Program-made: the position numbers and the translations under genes | DNA from: Lama glama | Taxonomy: Eukaryota | Assembly (NCBI GenBank): GCA_028534125.1 | Contig: CM052818.1 | Location: forward strand, 37,078,001 to 37,142,000 | Direction of reading: 5' to 3' | DNA length: 64,000 bases | Notes under the pieces: model-generated | Told to the model about the DNA's origin: nothing | Database searches by the model: none | What the model saw: only the letters and a program-made list of their open reading frames with translations | In this document: piece after piece, positions 1 to 12,500 of the stretch | Position numbering within the stretch: the stretch's first letter is position 1 | Layout of the letters: each line of letters begins with the position of its first letter

Positions 1-646
1 GGCCGTCCTCACCACTTTCTCTGTGGGGTGCAGGCTGCTGGTTTGAGGATAGGTAGTGTGAACAGGTCAGGGTGGGAGGGCTGGTTCTGCGCCAATTCCC
101 TGGTGGGGAAAGGTCTGAAACCCTAGAATTCTTGTTCATGGCCACAGCAACACCAGGGACCTGGGGGCAAAGCCGCTCTGGGCAGTAGTTGTACCTACCA
201 CGTGCCTTCTAGATTTTTGGACTCATCGACACCAGATGCATTTCCAGACTCTTATCCGTGCTTGCCAACACACATTAACCTGCCTCATATCTACTCAAAA
301 CGCAGGCTGGCTGTACATCCTTCCTCTGGGCTTTGTCAGTAACCTAAAGATAGCGTTCTTGAAGATCTGAATTCAGACCTAAATATTACTTTTGAATGAA
401 CTTCCAAGCTATTTTCCTGATGCTGATTTGGACTCTGACAATAATTCTAAACTCTTAACGTTGTCCCAGAACCAGCTCTCAACAGCTTCTAATCCATAAC
501 CTCGATCCAGACATTAACTATAAGTAAATCTTGTTGCTGTAGATTCAAGCTCTAATTTTAACCCAGCTTTAAACCTAACCCCAACCAAGAAATATTTGTA
601 AGGTCTGGCTCTTCTGAGCAGGAATTTGGTACTCTCATCTGTCATC

Positions 647-1215
647 TGTAGGAAAGAAAAATTTTCCTCTACCCTCTTCTGTTCTCTGGCTAGGTCTGTG
701 GAAACAGACAAACAAAAAACTGGCAACAGGCAGATTAACAGGAGAAAAGAGATGCAAATTTATTTGATGTTGAAAGTTTTATGTGGCACAGGAGAGCTTC
801 ATAAAAAGAAAACTTCCAAAGAAAGAGCTAAGCTTGGAGGCTTTTAGACCACTTGGGGAAAAGAGGCTAAATTTAAAGAGAAGGGAGAGAGGTGACAAGA
901 CAGAGGATGGGGACTTTGAGCTTCTAGGGTCAGCAAACTGTAAGAAGGCAAACAAATAGGAAAACTGATTAATGGTAGTGAAGGACTAGTTAGTATGGTT
1001 TGTTTGTGTGGATTCCTTTTTGGTGCCATCTCCTCTCTGGTGATGAGGTTGTTCTTCCCTTCCTGGGGTGAGAAGTGGGCGGGAGAGGACACCTTTACAG
1101 AGGGAATTTATGACCTGTGGTCGGGTAGACAAGGGGACTGTAGAGAGCTCATCCCATGTCTACTTTTTTCTCAAGTGCCTTCAGCTCAAACTATCCTTAG
1201 GCCAGGGTGGTAGTT
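647..1215 (-). mobile_element. ERV1-class solo LTR, MER34/MER39-like
   Basis: Begins TGTAGGAAAG on +. The right end 'ctcaagtgccttcagctcaaactatccttaggccagggtgg' is the reverse complement of the recalled MER34-type LTR start (…CACTTTGGCATAAGGATTATTTTGAGCTGAAGGCA…). Confidence 0.65.
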
Positions 1216-1799
1216 TTTACATTTTCGCAAAAATAATTTAAAATCATGAATCCAATTTTTGGGCCATTTTTTCATCAAAAGCTCCCATTGGAAATATAAA
1301 CATTTTTGGTGAAGGCTGCCATTAATAACTTTTCTGTTGAGCAGAGAGATCAGTGGAAGACGATGAAAAAAAATTATATGAGTGTGCAGCAGAAGTCATC
1401 TCTTAACATGTTTCAGTGTGACATAGGGAAAGAACAAAGCCTTTGGAGTTAGACGGATGGGTTTATTACAGCCGTGTTCCATTGCCAAGCAGTTATGAGC
1501 AGCTGATTCATTCCTTCATTCATTGAATCATGCCCTTCTCTGTCTCCATCAATGACCAGAGTAGGCATCGTTCCCGCCCTCACAGAGCTTTCAGTCTAGT
1601 GACATAGACACTAAGCATGCAAGCAAACATATATGTGATTATAATGTGAGATAAATTTTGAGATGTATAAATGGGGTATAGAATGAGAGGGTAACAGAAG
1701 AGGGTCCTCAGTTTGTGGGGGGTCAAAGAAGGGAATTCTGGGGCTGAAGGGGAAGTAGGAGTTAGTCAAAGAATAGGGGAGAGAGTTTGATTTGGACAG

Positions 1800-2322
1800 C
1801 AAGGCTCTTAACTGCAGGGGAATTTGGGCTCATTTCACAGTAGTGTTAGGGCTGCCTGTGCGTGACTTTGTCACCAATGGAAATTGCAGCTCTTATATCA
1901 TGATGAAATGATGGTAGTTACTAGACCCATTGCTGGATCTCATTAGTTAACAACGTGATAAAGAAGCATGTATATTATTGCTACATCCCAAGTATATATA
2001 TTTTTAATAGATTTTTTTTAGAACACCTTTAAGTTCACAGCAAAACTGAGTGGAAGCCATAGAGATTTCCCATAAACCTTCTGCCCCTCGCCCCCCACCT
2101 CATACGCACATCTTCCCCTACTACCAAAATCCCTCACCAGAGCGGTATGTCACAAATATCCTTTTAAAATAATATTTTGATAACTTTACTTTGATATAGT
2201 TGGTTCCCTTCATAATCCTATGCATTTTGTTTCATACACTGAAAAACATTGTGAGCAGGGCTCCAGAGACCTCACCAGGCTGCCAGAGCAGTTCAGAGCA
2301 CAGAAATGGCTAAGAAAGCAGG
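1800..2322 (-). mobile_element. hAT-Charlie non-autonomous DNA transposon (MER119-like), copy 1, split by an L1 fragment
   Basis: 'cacagtagtgttagggctgcctgtgcgtgactttgtcaccaatggaaattgc' and 'aatattttgataact…aatcctatgcattttg' are reverse-complement matches to the copies at 32050-32450 and 60702-61217. Degenerate TIRs: caaggctcttaac / ggctaagaaagcagg. Confidence 0.65.
1996..2145 (-). mobile_element. L1MC-type LINE-1 3' end fragment
   Basis: 'tttagaacacctttaagttcacagcaaaactgagtggaagccatagagatttcccata' is antisense to the 3' end of the L1MC copy near 7690-7755. Confidence 0.7.
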
Positions 2323-3127
2323 CTGTCGAAGGAGCACCTGCAGAAGGAAGGAAGGAGGCAGCCCCAGTGCAGCGGGAGTAGGATCAGCCAGAAAGGTGGG
2401 AGGAAGATGACACTGGAGAGACTGTAGAGCCTTGAGGGTCACTTGGAGGAATTTGATTTTCTCTTATGAACAATGGAGAGCAATTGGAGGGTTTGATGCA
2501 GAGATTGGCTTCATGATCTGACTTACATTAAAACATTAAAATGACACCACCACCACCACTATAGCTTCTTCATTGTTGCAGGCGAGTAAAGGAATGTAGG
2601 GTTGGTAGAGATAAAACAGGGAGACCTGCAACTTGGAGGAGGGTGATGGCAATTGAAATGTAGAAAAGGGAAGCAGAGTTAAGATATCCCTTGGAGGTGA
2701 CATTGGAAGCTTGGGACAATGAATTCAACATGGGAGGTGAGAGGAAGAAAAGTGTCAGGGATGATCCTCTGATTTCTTAAAGTCACTGGCGCACGATGGT
2801 GCCATTGTCTGTGATAAAGAAGACAAAGGCAGGAAGGCAAAGTGGAAGGGGGGTGTTCAGTTTTAGACGTGTCGATTGAGGTGCCTGCGTGAAATCCAAA
2901 TGGATGTGTCAAGTAACCGATTGGATAAATGAGTCTGGAGCTTAAATGAGATCTGGGTCGGAGATATGAATTTGGAGATGCCAACAGACAGATGACTTTG
3001 GAAATTGTGGAGATGAATGAGGCTGCCTTAGGGGAGAGTGAGATGAGAAAAGGACCTAGAATGGCTCTGTGAACTTCAAAATGTAGACATGGTGTAATAA
3101 TGGATTATCCCAATGATTATGCAAAGA

Positions 3128-3293
3128 GCTAGCGTTTATTGAGGGTGCTAGGCATGGTTCTAAATGTGCTGCATGAATTTATTTATTTTCACAACCACCC
3201 TATGAAGTAAACTCAGTATCCAAGATCAGAGTTAGTAGTTGGTGGTGCTTAGGGTAATAACCCAGCAATCTGGCCCCAGAACTTCTTTAAACC
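3128..3293 (-). mobile_element. MIR SINE
   Basis: 'gctagcgtttattgag…ctaggcatggttctaaatgtg…ttcacaaccaccctatgaagta' matches the antisense MIR 3' part. Confidence 0.65.
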
Positions 3294-4514
3294 ATGTGGA
3301 GCCTGAGACACAGTAGCCAGAGGTGTCAGGAGATAGATGGAAAAGCAGCAGCATGATGTCCTGAAAGCTAAGAGCAGAACGTCTCAGAATGGAGGGGTGG
3401 CCAACCTGGTCAGATGCTTCTGAGGTCCAGCAAGATGAGCTCCAAAGAGTAGCCATCGGATCTGGCATCATGCGGATTGTAGGCAACATCAGAAAAGGCA
3501 ATTTTGGTGGAGCAGCAGGGAAGTAGGAGTGGAATCTAGTTGGCGTGGCTCAGAGAGAGAAGAGCTGAGGATGTAGAGATGGCATTTCCCTTCAGTGTCC
3601 CCTGAGGATAGAACACTTGCTTTGCAGACAGTTATAAGGTTTGAAGAAAGTGTCTATGGTCCACACAGCACAGTGCTTAGCAAACAACAGTCATGCAATA
3701 AATGTTAAAAATTTTAATACTTGTCTGCATAAATCTTGAGGTCATAAGGCCTGCAGTATTGGTGACACAGGAGCAAGAATACAAATGCACAACATTTGGT
3801 CAGCCAGCATAAATGTGCGCAGGTACCAGGACATGTTCAATGAGAGTTCAGGATGAAGAAGACTGACTCTCCCCCCTGGATGAATTGCCAGGCTGGTACT
3901 AGGTGAAGGGCAATCCTGTACAAAGGTAATGAATGAGGCTGTCTCTAACATACTGTCCCAAGCCAGTATGCAAATAAGGAGGGTTGAAGGAGTTCAGAGG
4001 AGAGACCTCAGGGCTCGGATGGGATGATATAATTGCCTGGGGAAGAGATGGACACTATTGCCTGGCCCCCTGTTTCTGCATAAGGAGTAAGGGCCTCGGG
4101 CAGAGGCAGTGGCGTTGCCCTGAGTCTCGCTGGGTGTCAGGCAAAGCTGTCAGTCACACACATCCTCCCTGTGTGGCACAAACACTTTGCATTTAGTAGC
4201 ACCTCTCTCCACAGGGCTGAAAGCAATTTGTAAACAGAATTGAATGTATCTCATTACTCCTCCCCACCCAGCCTCCCGTCCTGCTGTGTGACTGATGGCT
4301 GGGCCTGTGGGAAGGAACCAGAGGACCCTGGTGTGACCTAAGACAGCACTGGGAAGCTCCCATGGAAGTCACTTGGAGCTCAAAGTTAGAAAACTGGGTG
4401 TAGACATGGATTGTTCTGAGAGTTCCTCAGAGCAGCTCCTCAAACCCTTCCCTGGAGGGGCAGGCATGAAAGCGAGACTCACTTGCTCTTGGATCCTTTT
4501 TTTCCCCTTAGTGT

Positions 4515-4928
4515 CTTTTTTTTTCTTAAATTGAAGTGTAGTTGATTTTCAATGTTAGTTTCAGGTGTACAGCAAAGTGATCTGTTACACAGATACATAT
4601 TTTATTTTCAGATTCTTTCCCATTCATTATAGGTTATTATAAAAAATTGAATGTAGTTCCCTCTGTTATACAGTAGGTCCTTGTTGTTTATCTATTTTAT
4701 ATATAGTGACATGTGTCTGTGAATACCCAACCCCTAATTTATCTCTCGTCACCCTTTCCCCTTTGGTAACCATAGTTTGTTTTCTATGTCTGTTTTTGGT
4801 TTGTAAATATAATTTGTATCCTTTTTTTTGTTTTTGTTTTTTTAGATTCCACATATAAGTGATATCATATGGTATTTGTCTTCCTCTGGCTGACTTACCT
4901 CACTTAATATGACCATCTCTAGGTCCAC
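4515..4928 (-). mobile_element. Cetartiodactyl-type LINE-1 3' end (5'-truncated)
   Basis: Poly-T, then 'aaattgaagtgtagttgattttcaatgttagtttcaggtgtacagcaaagtgat…ttagattccacatataagtgatatcatatggtatttgtctt'. Closely similar to 11953-12400. Confidence 0.85.
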
Positions 4929-5651
4929 TGAACTGCTTCTGCTTCCTGAAGAAAGGTGGATCCAGACGTTTCCCTGCAGGGAGGCCATTGGTGTTTCCTT
5001 TCCCTCTGAGGCCATGTGACTGATGACTGAGAAACGCTGGGCTTCTTTTTATTCTCATAGAAGACAGCCCTCCCCAGTCCCCTGCAGCTTTGCTGGGACA
5101 CCTGCCCTGTGCCCTTGACAGGAATCCTAGGGGGTGGGGGCAGGTAGTGTTGGGGAAGGGCCAGGTAGGTCATGGTGGGTGGGCTGCGTGCCTCCAGGAA
5201 TGGAGGGCAGGTCACGTGATGTGTAGTCACCCAGCTCTCCTGACCGCAAGCCCTGGACTAATCTGGGGTGCTCCGTGGCTTTCTGAGCCACTTGGAACTT
5301 GCCCCAGTTTCTCTGACATTCACACATTGCTCTCCAGTAAGTCTTCTTTTTCACACGATTTATATAAAACCATCTGCAAATGTGTGGAATGCCCTTGGTA
5401 ATTCCTGCAGAATCTCTAAGAGCTGGGTGGAGTTTTTTGAAGGGATTAAGTGCGGTGAGCACGGGGAGGACTGTGCAGGAACTTGCAGGTTTGCAAGAAT
5501 GTTTATTGTGTGAAATTAAAGGGAAATCATTCTCTTTTTTTGCTTACTATCCTATCTCCTCCTATCCTGCCTAATCTCAGTCATCATTCAAACCCCAGAT
5601 TAAGTTCTATATCTCCTAGAAAGCCCTCCTTGATAACTTTTTGCAGTATTT

Positions 5652-5864
5652 CTTTATTTTATTTTTTATTGAGGCAAAATTCATATAATATAAAATTAAT
5701 CATTAGTGGCATTTAGTGCATTCACAGTGTTGTGCAATCACCACCTCTGTTTAGTTTCAAAACATTTTTATTGCTCCCAAATGAAATTAGCATAATGTCT
5801 TCCAGATTCATCTATATTGTAGCATGCATTGATACCTTATTCTTTTTATGGTTGAATAATTCCA

Positions 5865-5908
<44 letters not shown>

Positions 5909-6150
5909 ATTCATTTATCCATTTATCAGTTGATGGGCATTTGAGTTATTTCCACCTTTTGACTGTTGTTAATCGTGCTGCTCTGAACACATCTGTCCAG
6001 ATGGTTGTTTCAGGACTTTATTTTTTCACTTCTTTGGGGTATGAGCTTAGGAGTAGAGCTACTGGGTTGTACAGTTCTATGTTGAGATTTTTGAGGAACC
6101 ACTAAATTATTTTCCACAGCGGCGGCACCATTTTGCATTCCCACCAGCAA
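5652..6150 (-). mobile_element. L1MB-type LINE-1 fragment
   Basis: 'agtggcatttagtgcattcacagtgttgtgcaatcaccacc', 'gttgatgggcatttgagttatttccacctttt', 'ccattttgcattcccaccagcaa'. Confidence 0.8.
5867..5904. repeat. (AC)19 microsatellite
   Basis: Perfect dinucleotide run seen directly. Confidence 0.97.
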
Positions 6151-6199
6151 ACCTTGATCATTTTATCTCACAGGGACTCTTCTACAAAGGAAATTATGG

Positions 6200-6280
6200 C
6201 ATTTTTCCTTTGGTAACATATTCACATGTTCCACGGTTTCAGCTGTGGACATTTTAGGGTCCATTATTCAGCCTACCACA
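6200..6280 (-). mobile_element. MaLR (MLT1) LTR terminal fragment
   Basis: 'acatattcacatgttcc…gtggacattttagggtccattattcagcctaccaca' matches a typical antisense MLT1 LTR start. Confidence 0.5.
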
Positions 6281-6680
6281 ATCATACTACCTCATAAGAT
6301 TATTTGGGGGATGAAATGAAATATTTCACAGAAAGGACTGGTGCTCAAAGATGTTAGACATTACTGCTGCTCCTACCAACGATGCCTGTGCCTATGGTTA
6401 GATTTAGGACCTGGATCATAGTGAATGCCCTGTAGGTATCTGGGGACTGCACATGTCTGACTCCCTAAAGTCTCAGTGATGTTGCCTGCTAAGAATGGAC
6501 TGCCTTTCCTCAATAGGAACAGAGTCACTCATCAAACTCCTCATGTCAGAGTCCTCTCTGGGGTTCCATTGGGTTCAGACCTATCTCTTTGGGGGAATAT
6601 CAAATCTGAGCACTAAAGCTCTGGTCTATCCCAGGGGCCTTAACTATTTCTGAACTATAGAATCAAAAGTTCTGGGTCAC

Positions 6681-7760
6681 AAAAGACACCCCTGATAAAG
6701 GACTGTCATCCAAAATATACAGAGAACTCTTAAAATGCAACAATAAGAAAACAACCTAAATAAAAAATGGGCCAAAGGCTTTATTTAACAAACACCTCAC
6801 CAAGAAAGATACACAGACGGTAAATAAACACACGAAGAGATGCTCCACATTATAGGTCATCAGGGAAATGGAAATTGAAACAACAATGAGATACCACTAC
6901 CCACCGTTTAGAATCATCAAAATCTAGAGCACTGACAACACCAAGTACTGGGGAGAATGCAGAGCAACAGGAACTCTCATTCATTGCTGGTGGGAGCGCA
7001 AAATTGTACAGCCACTTGGGAAGACACTTCAGCAGTTTCTTGCAAAACTAAACACAGTCTTATCATAGGATCCAGCAGTTGCACTCTTTGGTATTTACCC
7101 AAAGGACATGCAAACTTATGTCCCACAAAAACCTGCACATGGATGTCTATAGTAGCTTTGTTCATAATTGCCAAAACTTGGAAGTAACCACCATGTCCTT
7201 CAGTAGGTGAGTGGATAAATGAACTGGTACATCCAGACAGTTGAATATTATTCAGCACTAAAAATACATGAGCTATCAAGCCATGAAAAGACATGAGAGA
7301 ATCTTAAATACATATTAAGTGAAAGAAGCCAATCAAAAAAGGCTACGTACTGTATAATTCCGATTATATGACAGTCTGGAAAAGCAAAACTATGAAGATA
7401 GTAAAAAAAGATCACTGGCTGCAAGGAATTGGGAGGTGGAGGAATGAATAGGCAGAACCCAGAGCATTTTTAGGAGAGCCAAAACACTCAATATAATAGT
7501 ATAACCGTAGGTACATGTCACTACGTATTTGTCCAAACCCATAGAAGGCACAACACCAAGAGTGAGCCCTAACGTAAACTGTAGACTTTGGATGATGATG
7601 TGAATGTAGGTTCATCAGTTGTAACAAATGTATCACTCTGATGAGGGGTGTTGATAATGAGGGAAGCAGTGTATGTGTGGGGGCAGGGGTATATGGGAAG
7701 TCTCTGTACCTTCCTCTAAATTTTGCTATGAACCTAAAACTACTTTAAAAGATAGTCTTA
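6681..7760 (+). mobile_element. L1MC1-like LINE-1 (ORF2 3' end plus 3' UTR) with degenerate TSD
   Basis: 'ctgataaaggactgtcatccaaaatatac', 'caacaatgagataccactac', 'gagcaacaggaactctcattcattgctggtggga', 'tttgtccaaacccatagaa…caacaccaagagtgagccctaa'. Flanks aaaagttctgggtcac (6665-6680) and agaagttctgagtccc (7761-7776) match at 13/16. Confidence 0.9.
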
Positions 7761-8989
7761 AGAAGTTCTGAGTCCCTGGGAAGTCATAGTGAGGCTCGAG
7801 AACTCAAGGTTGGGAGATAGCTACATATGAAGGGAAGCAGGTCTGGAACTTGTGTTGAACTATGAAAGCTTCTGAACTGCTGTACACGATGGACCTTTAA
7901 TCCCAGAGAACATTCTATTTATAAGAGATGTTCCGCCAGCAGAGGGAAGATCCCGAGAACCTTCTCATTGTGTCTTGCTCCTGGAGATGGGCTCAAAGAC
8001 AAAGAAAGAATGGAGACAAGAACCTTCAGCCAACATGATGCCCTAGTCGCCTGGGGAGAGGAGGGAGATTTTGCTGTTGATGTTGGGAGATGGGAGGCTG
8101 CTCTCTGAGCTCATGGCAGGGGCAGAGATTCCTTCCCTGTGTGTAATTTAGGGGCCTATGGATGAAGGCCAGGTCCTTGGATGAGGTGGCTGTAGGTGGG
8201 GATGTGGGACAGAGGATGCGGTCCTCATGAAGAAACTTGAGTTCCCTGATTTCCCCCTCTTGGCCCTGGTCACCCTATCTGAAAAACCTGTGTGGATTGA
8301 AGATCTTGCACGAGTTCTAGCAGCCTGTGATTCTATAATTATATAAAGAGTTATGCCAAAGCATTTTTAAATAAACACTTCTCAGATGACTCATGTGAAG
8401 CTCATCTGAACAAAGTGTAACTCTTGAAATTTGACTCAGTCCATGGAAATGTCTGGGTCATGTCCTGCCTGCTCATGTTTACTCATCTTAACACTTAGAG
8501 AGGTCCTGGGGTCTCCTGAGTTCTGCCTTATACACATGAGTATTGCCATGACCAACTGACCCCTTGGGAACTTTAAGAGGCTCCAAATTTCTTAGGGTGA
8601 AGGAGAGAGAAGCATACACTAAGGGTCATGGGATATTTCCTAAGGAAGAGAAATAAAGGTGCTTTTACTGATCACTGTGGTTGTGGAAAAAGAGGACCAG
8701 AAGCTCAAACCCCTGAGGCTGATGCAGGATTTAACTAGCTCCCCTGCTGGGGAGCATCCCCTCTGACCACAGAGGACATGACCCTGAAAACCAGAGCTCC
8801 GTGAAGTGACTCCAAGGTACATGACCTATAGGAAAGAGTCAACCCTTTAGATACTTGCTGGAACTCCTGAGCTTTGAGGGGAAGATGAAGAGTTCTAGGA
8901 TGAAACGGATCTTTCTAATAGTTGGAATAATATTAGACTGCAAGAAGGAAAACAAATCAAGCCACATGGGTAAGAGAGGAAGGGCCCAG

Positions 8990-9200
8990 TGTGGGGAGAA
9001 GGGAGGAGTGGAAGGATGGAGGGAAGGCAGAAGGGGCTGCATGAGCAGAGGTCCAGGGTCAAGACCAGGCTCCGTGTGCCTGGGAAGCTACAAGCAGCTG
9101 AGTGTTTCTGGCACATGGGGTGAAGGGGAGGCAGAGATGTGATGGGCTGAGGCTGGAGAGGTAGGCAGGGACCGGCCAGGGAGGGCCTTGTGGACCAGAT
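8990..9200 (-). mobile_element. LINE-2 fragment
   Basis: 'ctgcatgagcagaggtccaggg…gctgaggctggagaggtaggcagggaccggccagg' is an L2 antisense signature. Confidence 0.55.
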
Positions 9201-9865
9201 CTTGTGAGGGTGTGGGGGTGGGGCGCCTTGCAGGGTATCAGGTGGGGACACGCCACGGTTCATAGAAGGTTCATGGTCCTTGTTCCTGGTCATCAGGTTC
9301 ACGCTTGCTCTCTGTCTCCTTACTTCCATGGCAGCCACAGGCTCTTCACTCAAGGAATTGTCACTTCAAGCTGAGAACAAGCAGAACAACAAAATCTCAA
9401 GAGAAATCTGTGCTTTTCCCAAAGTGTTGCTTGCAGGGTGGGAGGAAAGAAGCTTGACACAAGGAAATTTGGGACTTTGGGGACAAACAGTGTATTTTGC
9501 ACATTGCTGCAGGGCATCAGGGTGTCCTCTCGATGGTTAATTATGTCCTGTGTGTTTTCTTGGAAAATGCTGAGGCCACGGCATGTCTGCAGCCAGCACA
9601 TGTCCAGCACCGTCTGATGATGCCGTCCCCCATCCCTGAATAGCAACCCTCAGAAGCAAGGCAGACTCCGTTACGGTCTAAGCAAGGGCTGCAGAAAATG
9701 CAAATAGGGTCAAAGGGAAAAGGAGAAACTCCTGTTGCTCAGTCTCACCGAATGCAGGAGGTGTGGCTGTGGCAGAACCTGTCGAGGTGGCCGGAGCCCC
9801 ACGTGTCCAAATGTGTCTGAATCGGTGACTGTGAGGGAAAGCGAACTATGTTGCCATCAGGTGTC

Positions 9866-9995
9866 TTCTGTTTCAATCCATTTGTCCACTGATGGGCTGT
9901 GTGACTTGGGGCAAGTCTCACTCCCTTTTTTGACCCCAGTGTTCCCATCGGAGGAATGAGACATTGAACTAGATGTTTCCTTCTTGCTCCAAACT
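9866..9995 (+). mobile_element. MIR/MIR3 SINE
   Basis: Core 'gctgtgtgacttggggcaagtc…cagtgttcccatc…gaactagatg'. Confidence 0.65.
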
Positions 9996-10069
9996 GCTGT
10001 ATATAGTCACCAGCAGGGTTCTTCCTCCAAGCCTGGGTCCTTCTGCCTAGTCTATCTTAAAGATGGTGT

Positions 10070-10300
10070 TTATTATTTATAACCAGCTATTTCCAAAGAG
10101 GATTTGAGTCAGCTTACAATAAGAGATGTGGTTGCAATGGATTCATTAAAAGGCAATTAATGATCAAATGTCATTTGATAGGTGGTGGTGATAGGGAGAA
10201 ATATATCCCAGAAACCTAGGATGAAAATAGCTTTTTTAAGTGAGTCCCGAAGGAGAGCTTTGAGCTGTCTGGCTGCCAAAGAGAAGGAAAGCCCCTGTCC
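10070..10300. repeat. Ancient degenerate interspersed repeat, family uncertain (copy 1 of 3)
   Basis: Shares a 'ttatt…ttccaaagaggatttgagtcagcttacaa' block and a downstream 'agct.tct….gccaaag..aaggaaag' block with 34570-34835 and 50262-50520. Confidence 0.4.
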
Positions 10301-11634
10301 TATGCGCAGAAGGAGCCCTTAGCCATTGGAGAGCTGGGTGTTTGCTGACACCTACGTGAGAGGTGCAGCAAGCACTTAAATATACAAATCATCAACAGCT
10401 CTTCTAAAAGATGCAAGGTACTCAAGATGCTCTACATGTGGCTTTGTTTATTTTCCCTCTCAGAGATTCCCATTTCTTTTGGCAGAAATGAACAGATGTG
10501 TCTCACAAACTGATGAAAGTTGACAGATTTCAGGTTTGCATTGGGCATTTTCTAGAAAGTGGGGGAAGTAAGCAAGGTCTGCTCTTTTTGGGGGTGGACG
10601 TGAAGCTCGAGCCTCCTTTCCTGAGGTGCCGCCCCCCCCCGGGCTCTGGAGGACCCACATTCTGCGTGGGATCTGAGCCTCTCTCTGGCCCAGCTCTCCT
10701 ACCTGATGCCAAGCAGCCAGAAGGCAATCCTCTCCCTCCTCCAAACAGCTCCCCACGAGCCTCTCCAGCGGGGCTGGAGAGGGGCCAGTGCCAGGCTTCT
10801 GAACGACTCTTTTCTCCTACTGACCTAGAAAACCCTTTTGGTGGGTTTTGAGAGTCTGCCTTCCCTGTTGTGAAGCAAGCTGAGAAAATGTCACGTCCTG
10901 AGTAGATCCTCTGCACAGCAACCTGTTGAAACCAGAGAAAATAAAAACTTTGCTTGAAAATGAGCAAGCTTTAGGTTCTGCAGCTGCCACATCAGAAATC
11001 CACGTGGGCTGCCTGAACTCTGGAAGAGGCTGAAAACCATCCTTCAATCGACTGTGATTCTGACTCTGCATAAACTCGGGAGCTGCTCTGGGAACTGAGG
11101 GCTCTGAGACCTACTCTCTCTCCACTGCGTGTGCGGGGAGCTTACATTAAGGGTAATGTGAGATATGTGGGCACTCAGACGTGAGCAGAATTTAACTCAG
11201 AACATAGTGGCAGCGTTGTATGTGTGTATGTGTTTAACTTAGGGCTGGAAAAAAATGCTAAATGAAGAGCTCAGAACATCAGCTATATATCCATCCTTAA
11301 TACCGTGCAACTTTTAAAGCTGCAACGGTTCACTTCAATCTAATCAGGCTGCACGCAGGATGGAGGCTTCATTGAAAGGCTCAGGTGACCCCACACTCAG
11401 CATGGAAGTCGGTGGGGCTGGAGGTCTGGGCATCTTCTAACTAGGGAAGCCCAAGAACTCCAATCTTATTAACACTTCCCTTGCCTTTCCTCCTAATTTC
11501 CTCCTGTCCAGTGACGTCTTCCATCCCCATCATTAATTCCCTTTCTGACTATACAAACGCTGGCTCACAGTCTCATCTTACTTCCTCTTTGCAATTTCCC
11601 TTGAGTACTCAAACCAGCAGTAATTGTAGGATTA

Positions 11635-11782
11635 TAAACTCAGGGCAGCTCAAGGCTGACGGGGCCTTAGAAGACACTTCACTTCCGCCTCGAAGGGAAG
11701 GGGTTCCTTAGAAAGTATCTCTCACTGGTGGCCCTCCAACTTCTGCTTGAATACTACTAGTGATGGAAAGCTCACTACCTTG
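11635..11782 (-). mobile_element. CR1/L3 LINE fragment
   Basis: 'ccaacttctgcttgaatactactagtgatggaaagctcactacct' matches the recalled antisense L3 3' end. Confidence 0.55.
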
Positions 11783-11794
11783 TACTCAGGAACC

Positions 11795-11940
11795 TGTACT
11801 CTGGAACCAAATAGAGTTAGGTTTGAAATCCACTCTGCTGCTTTCTCATTGGTTGGTCTTTGGCAGTTTTTGCAACCTATCTAAGTGTCTTCATGTCTAA
11901 AGGGGAATTAGTAATAGTATCTATTTGATAGGGTTTTGGG
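11795..11940 (+). mobile_element. MIR SINE
   Basis: 'ggtttgaaatccactctgctgctt…aaggggaattagtaatagtatctatttgatagggtt'. Confidence 0.55.
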
Positions 11941-11952
11941 CCTACCGTTTGG

Positions 11953-12457
11953 TTTTTTTTTTTTAAATTGAAGTATAGTTGATTTACAGTGTTTCAGGTG
12001 TACAACACAGTGATTCGGTTATATATATAATATACTATTTTTTATATATATAAATCTATATTTATATAAGATATTTTTATATAATTATATAATATACAAG
12101 TATGCTTTTTCAGATTCTTTTCCATGATAGGGTCTTATAAGATATTAAATATAGTTCCCTATGCTAAACAGTAGGTCCTTGTTTATCTATTTTATATATA
12201 GTAATATGTATCTATTAAACCCAAATCCCAAATTTATTCCTCCCCCCTTTCCCCTTTGATAACCATAAGTTTGTTTTCTATGTCTATGCATCTATTTATG
12301 ATTTGTAAATAAGTTCATTTGTATCATTTTCCACATGTAAGTGGTACATGATATTTGTCTTTCTCTATCTTACTTCACTTAGTGTGTTAATCTCTAGTTC
12401 ATCTATGTTGCTACAAATGGCATTATTTCATCCTTTTTTTGGCTAAGTAGTATTCCA

Positions 12458-12500
<43 letters not shown>

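Larger units (their letters stand above)
1505..3585 (-). mobile_element. Fragmented LINE-2 (3' end and ORF2 region), interrupted by a hAT element and a MIR
   Basis: TTCA-type tail near 1508. Typical L2 antisense segments: 'ccctcacagagctttcagtctag', 'gagcaattggagggtttgatgcag…atgatctgacttacatt', 'ttcagttttagacgtgtcgattgaggtgcct', 'gagatatgaatttggaga'. Confidence 0.75.

Noticed and set aside
360..590. Palindrome TCTGAATTCAGA (366-377) and faint taacc-like periodicity
   Set aside because: Too short and degenerate to call an interstitial telomeric repeat or structured element.
9601..9625. REST/NRSE-like half site (ccagcacc)
   Set aside because: The GGACAG right half is missing.
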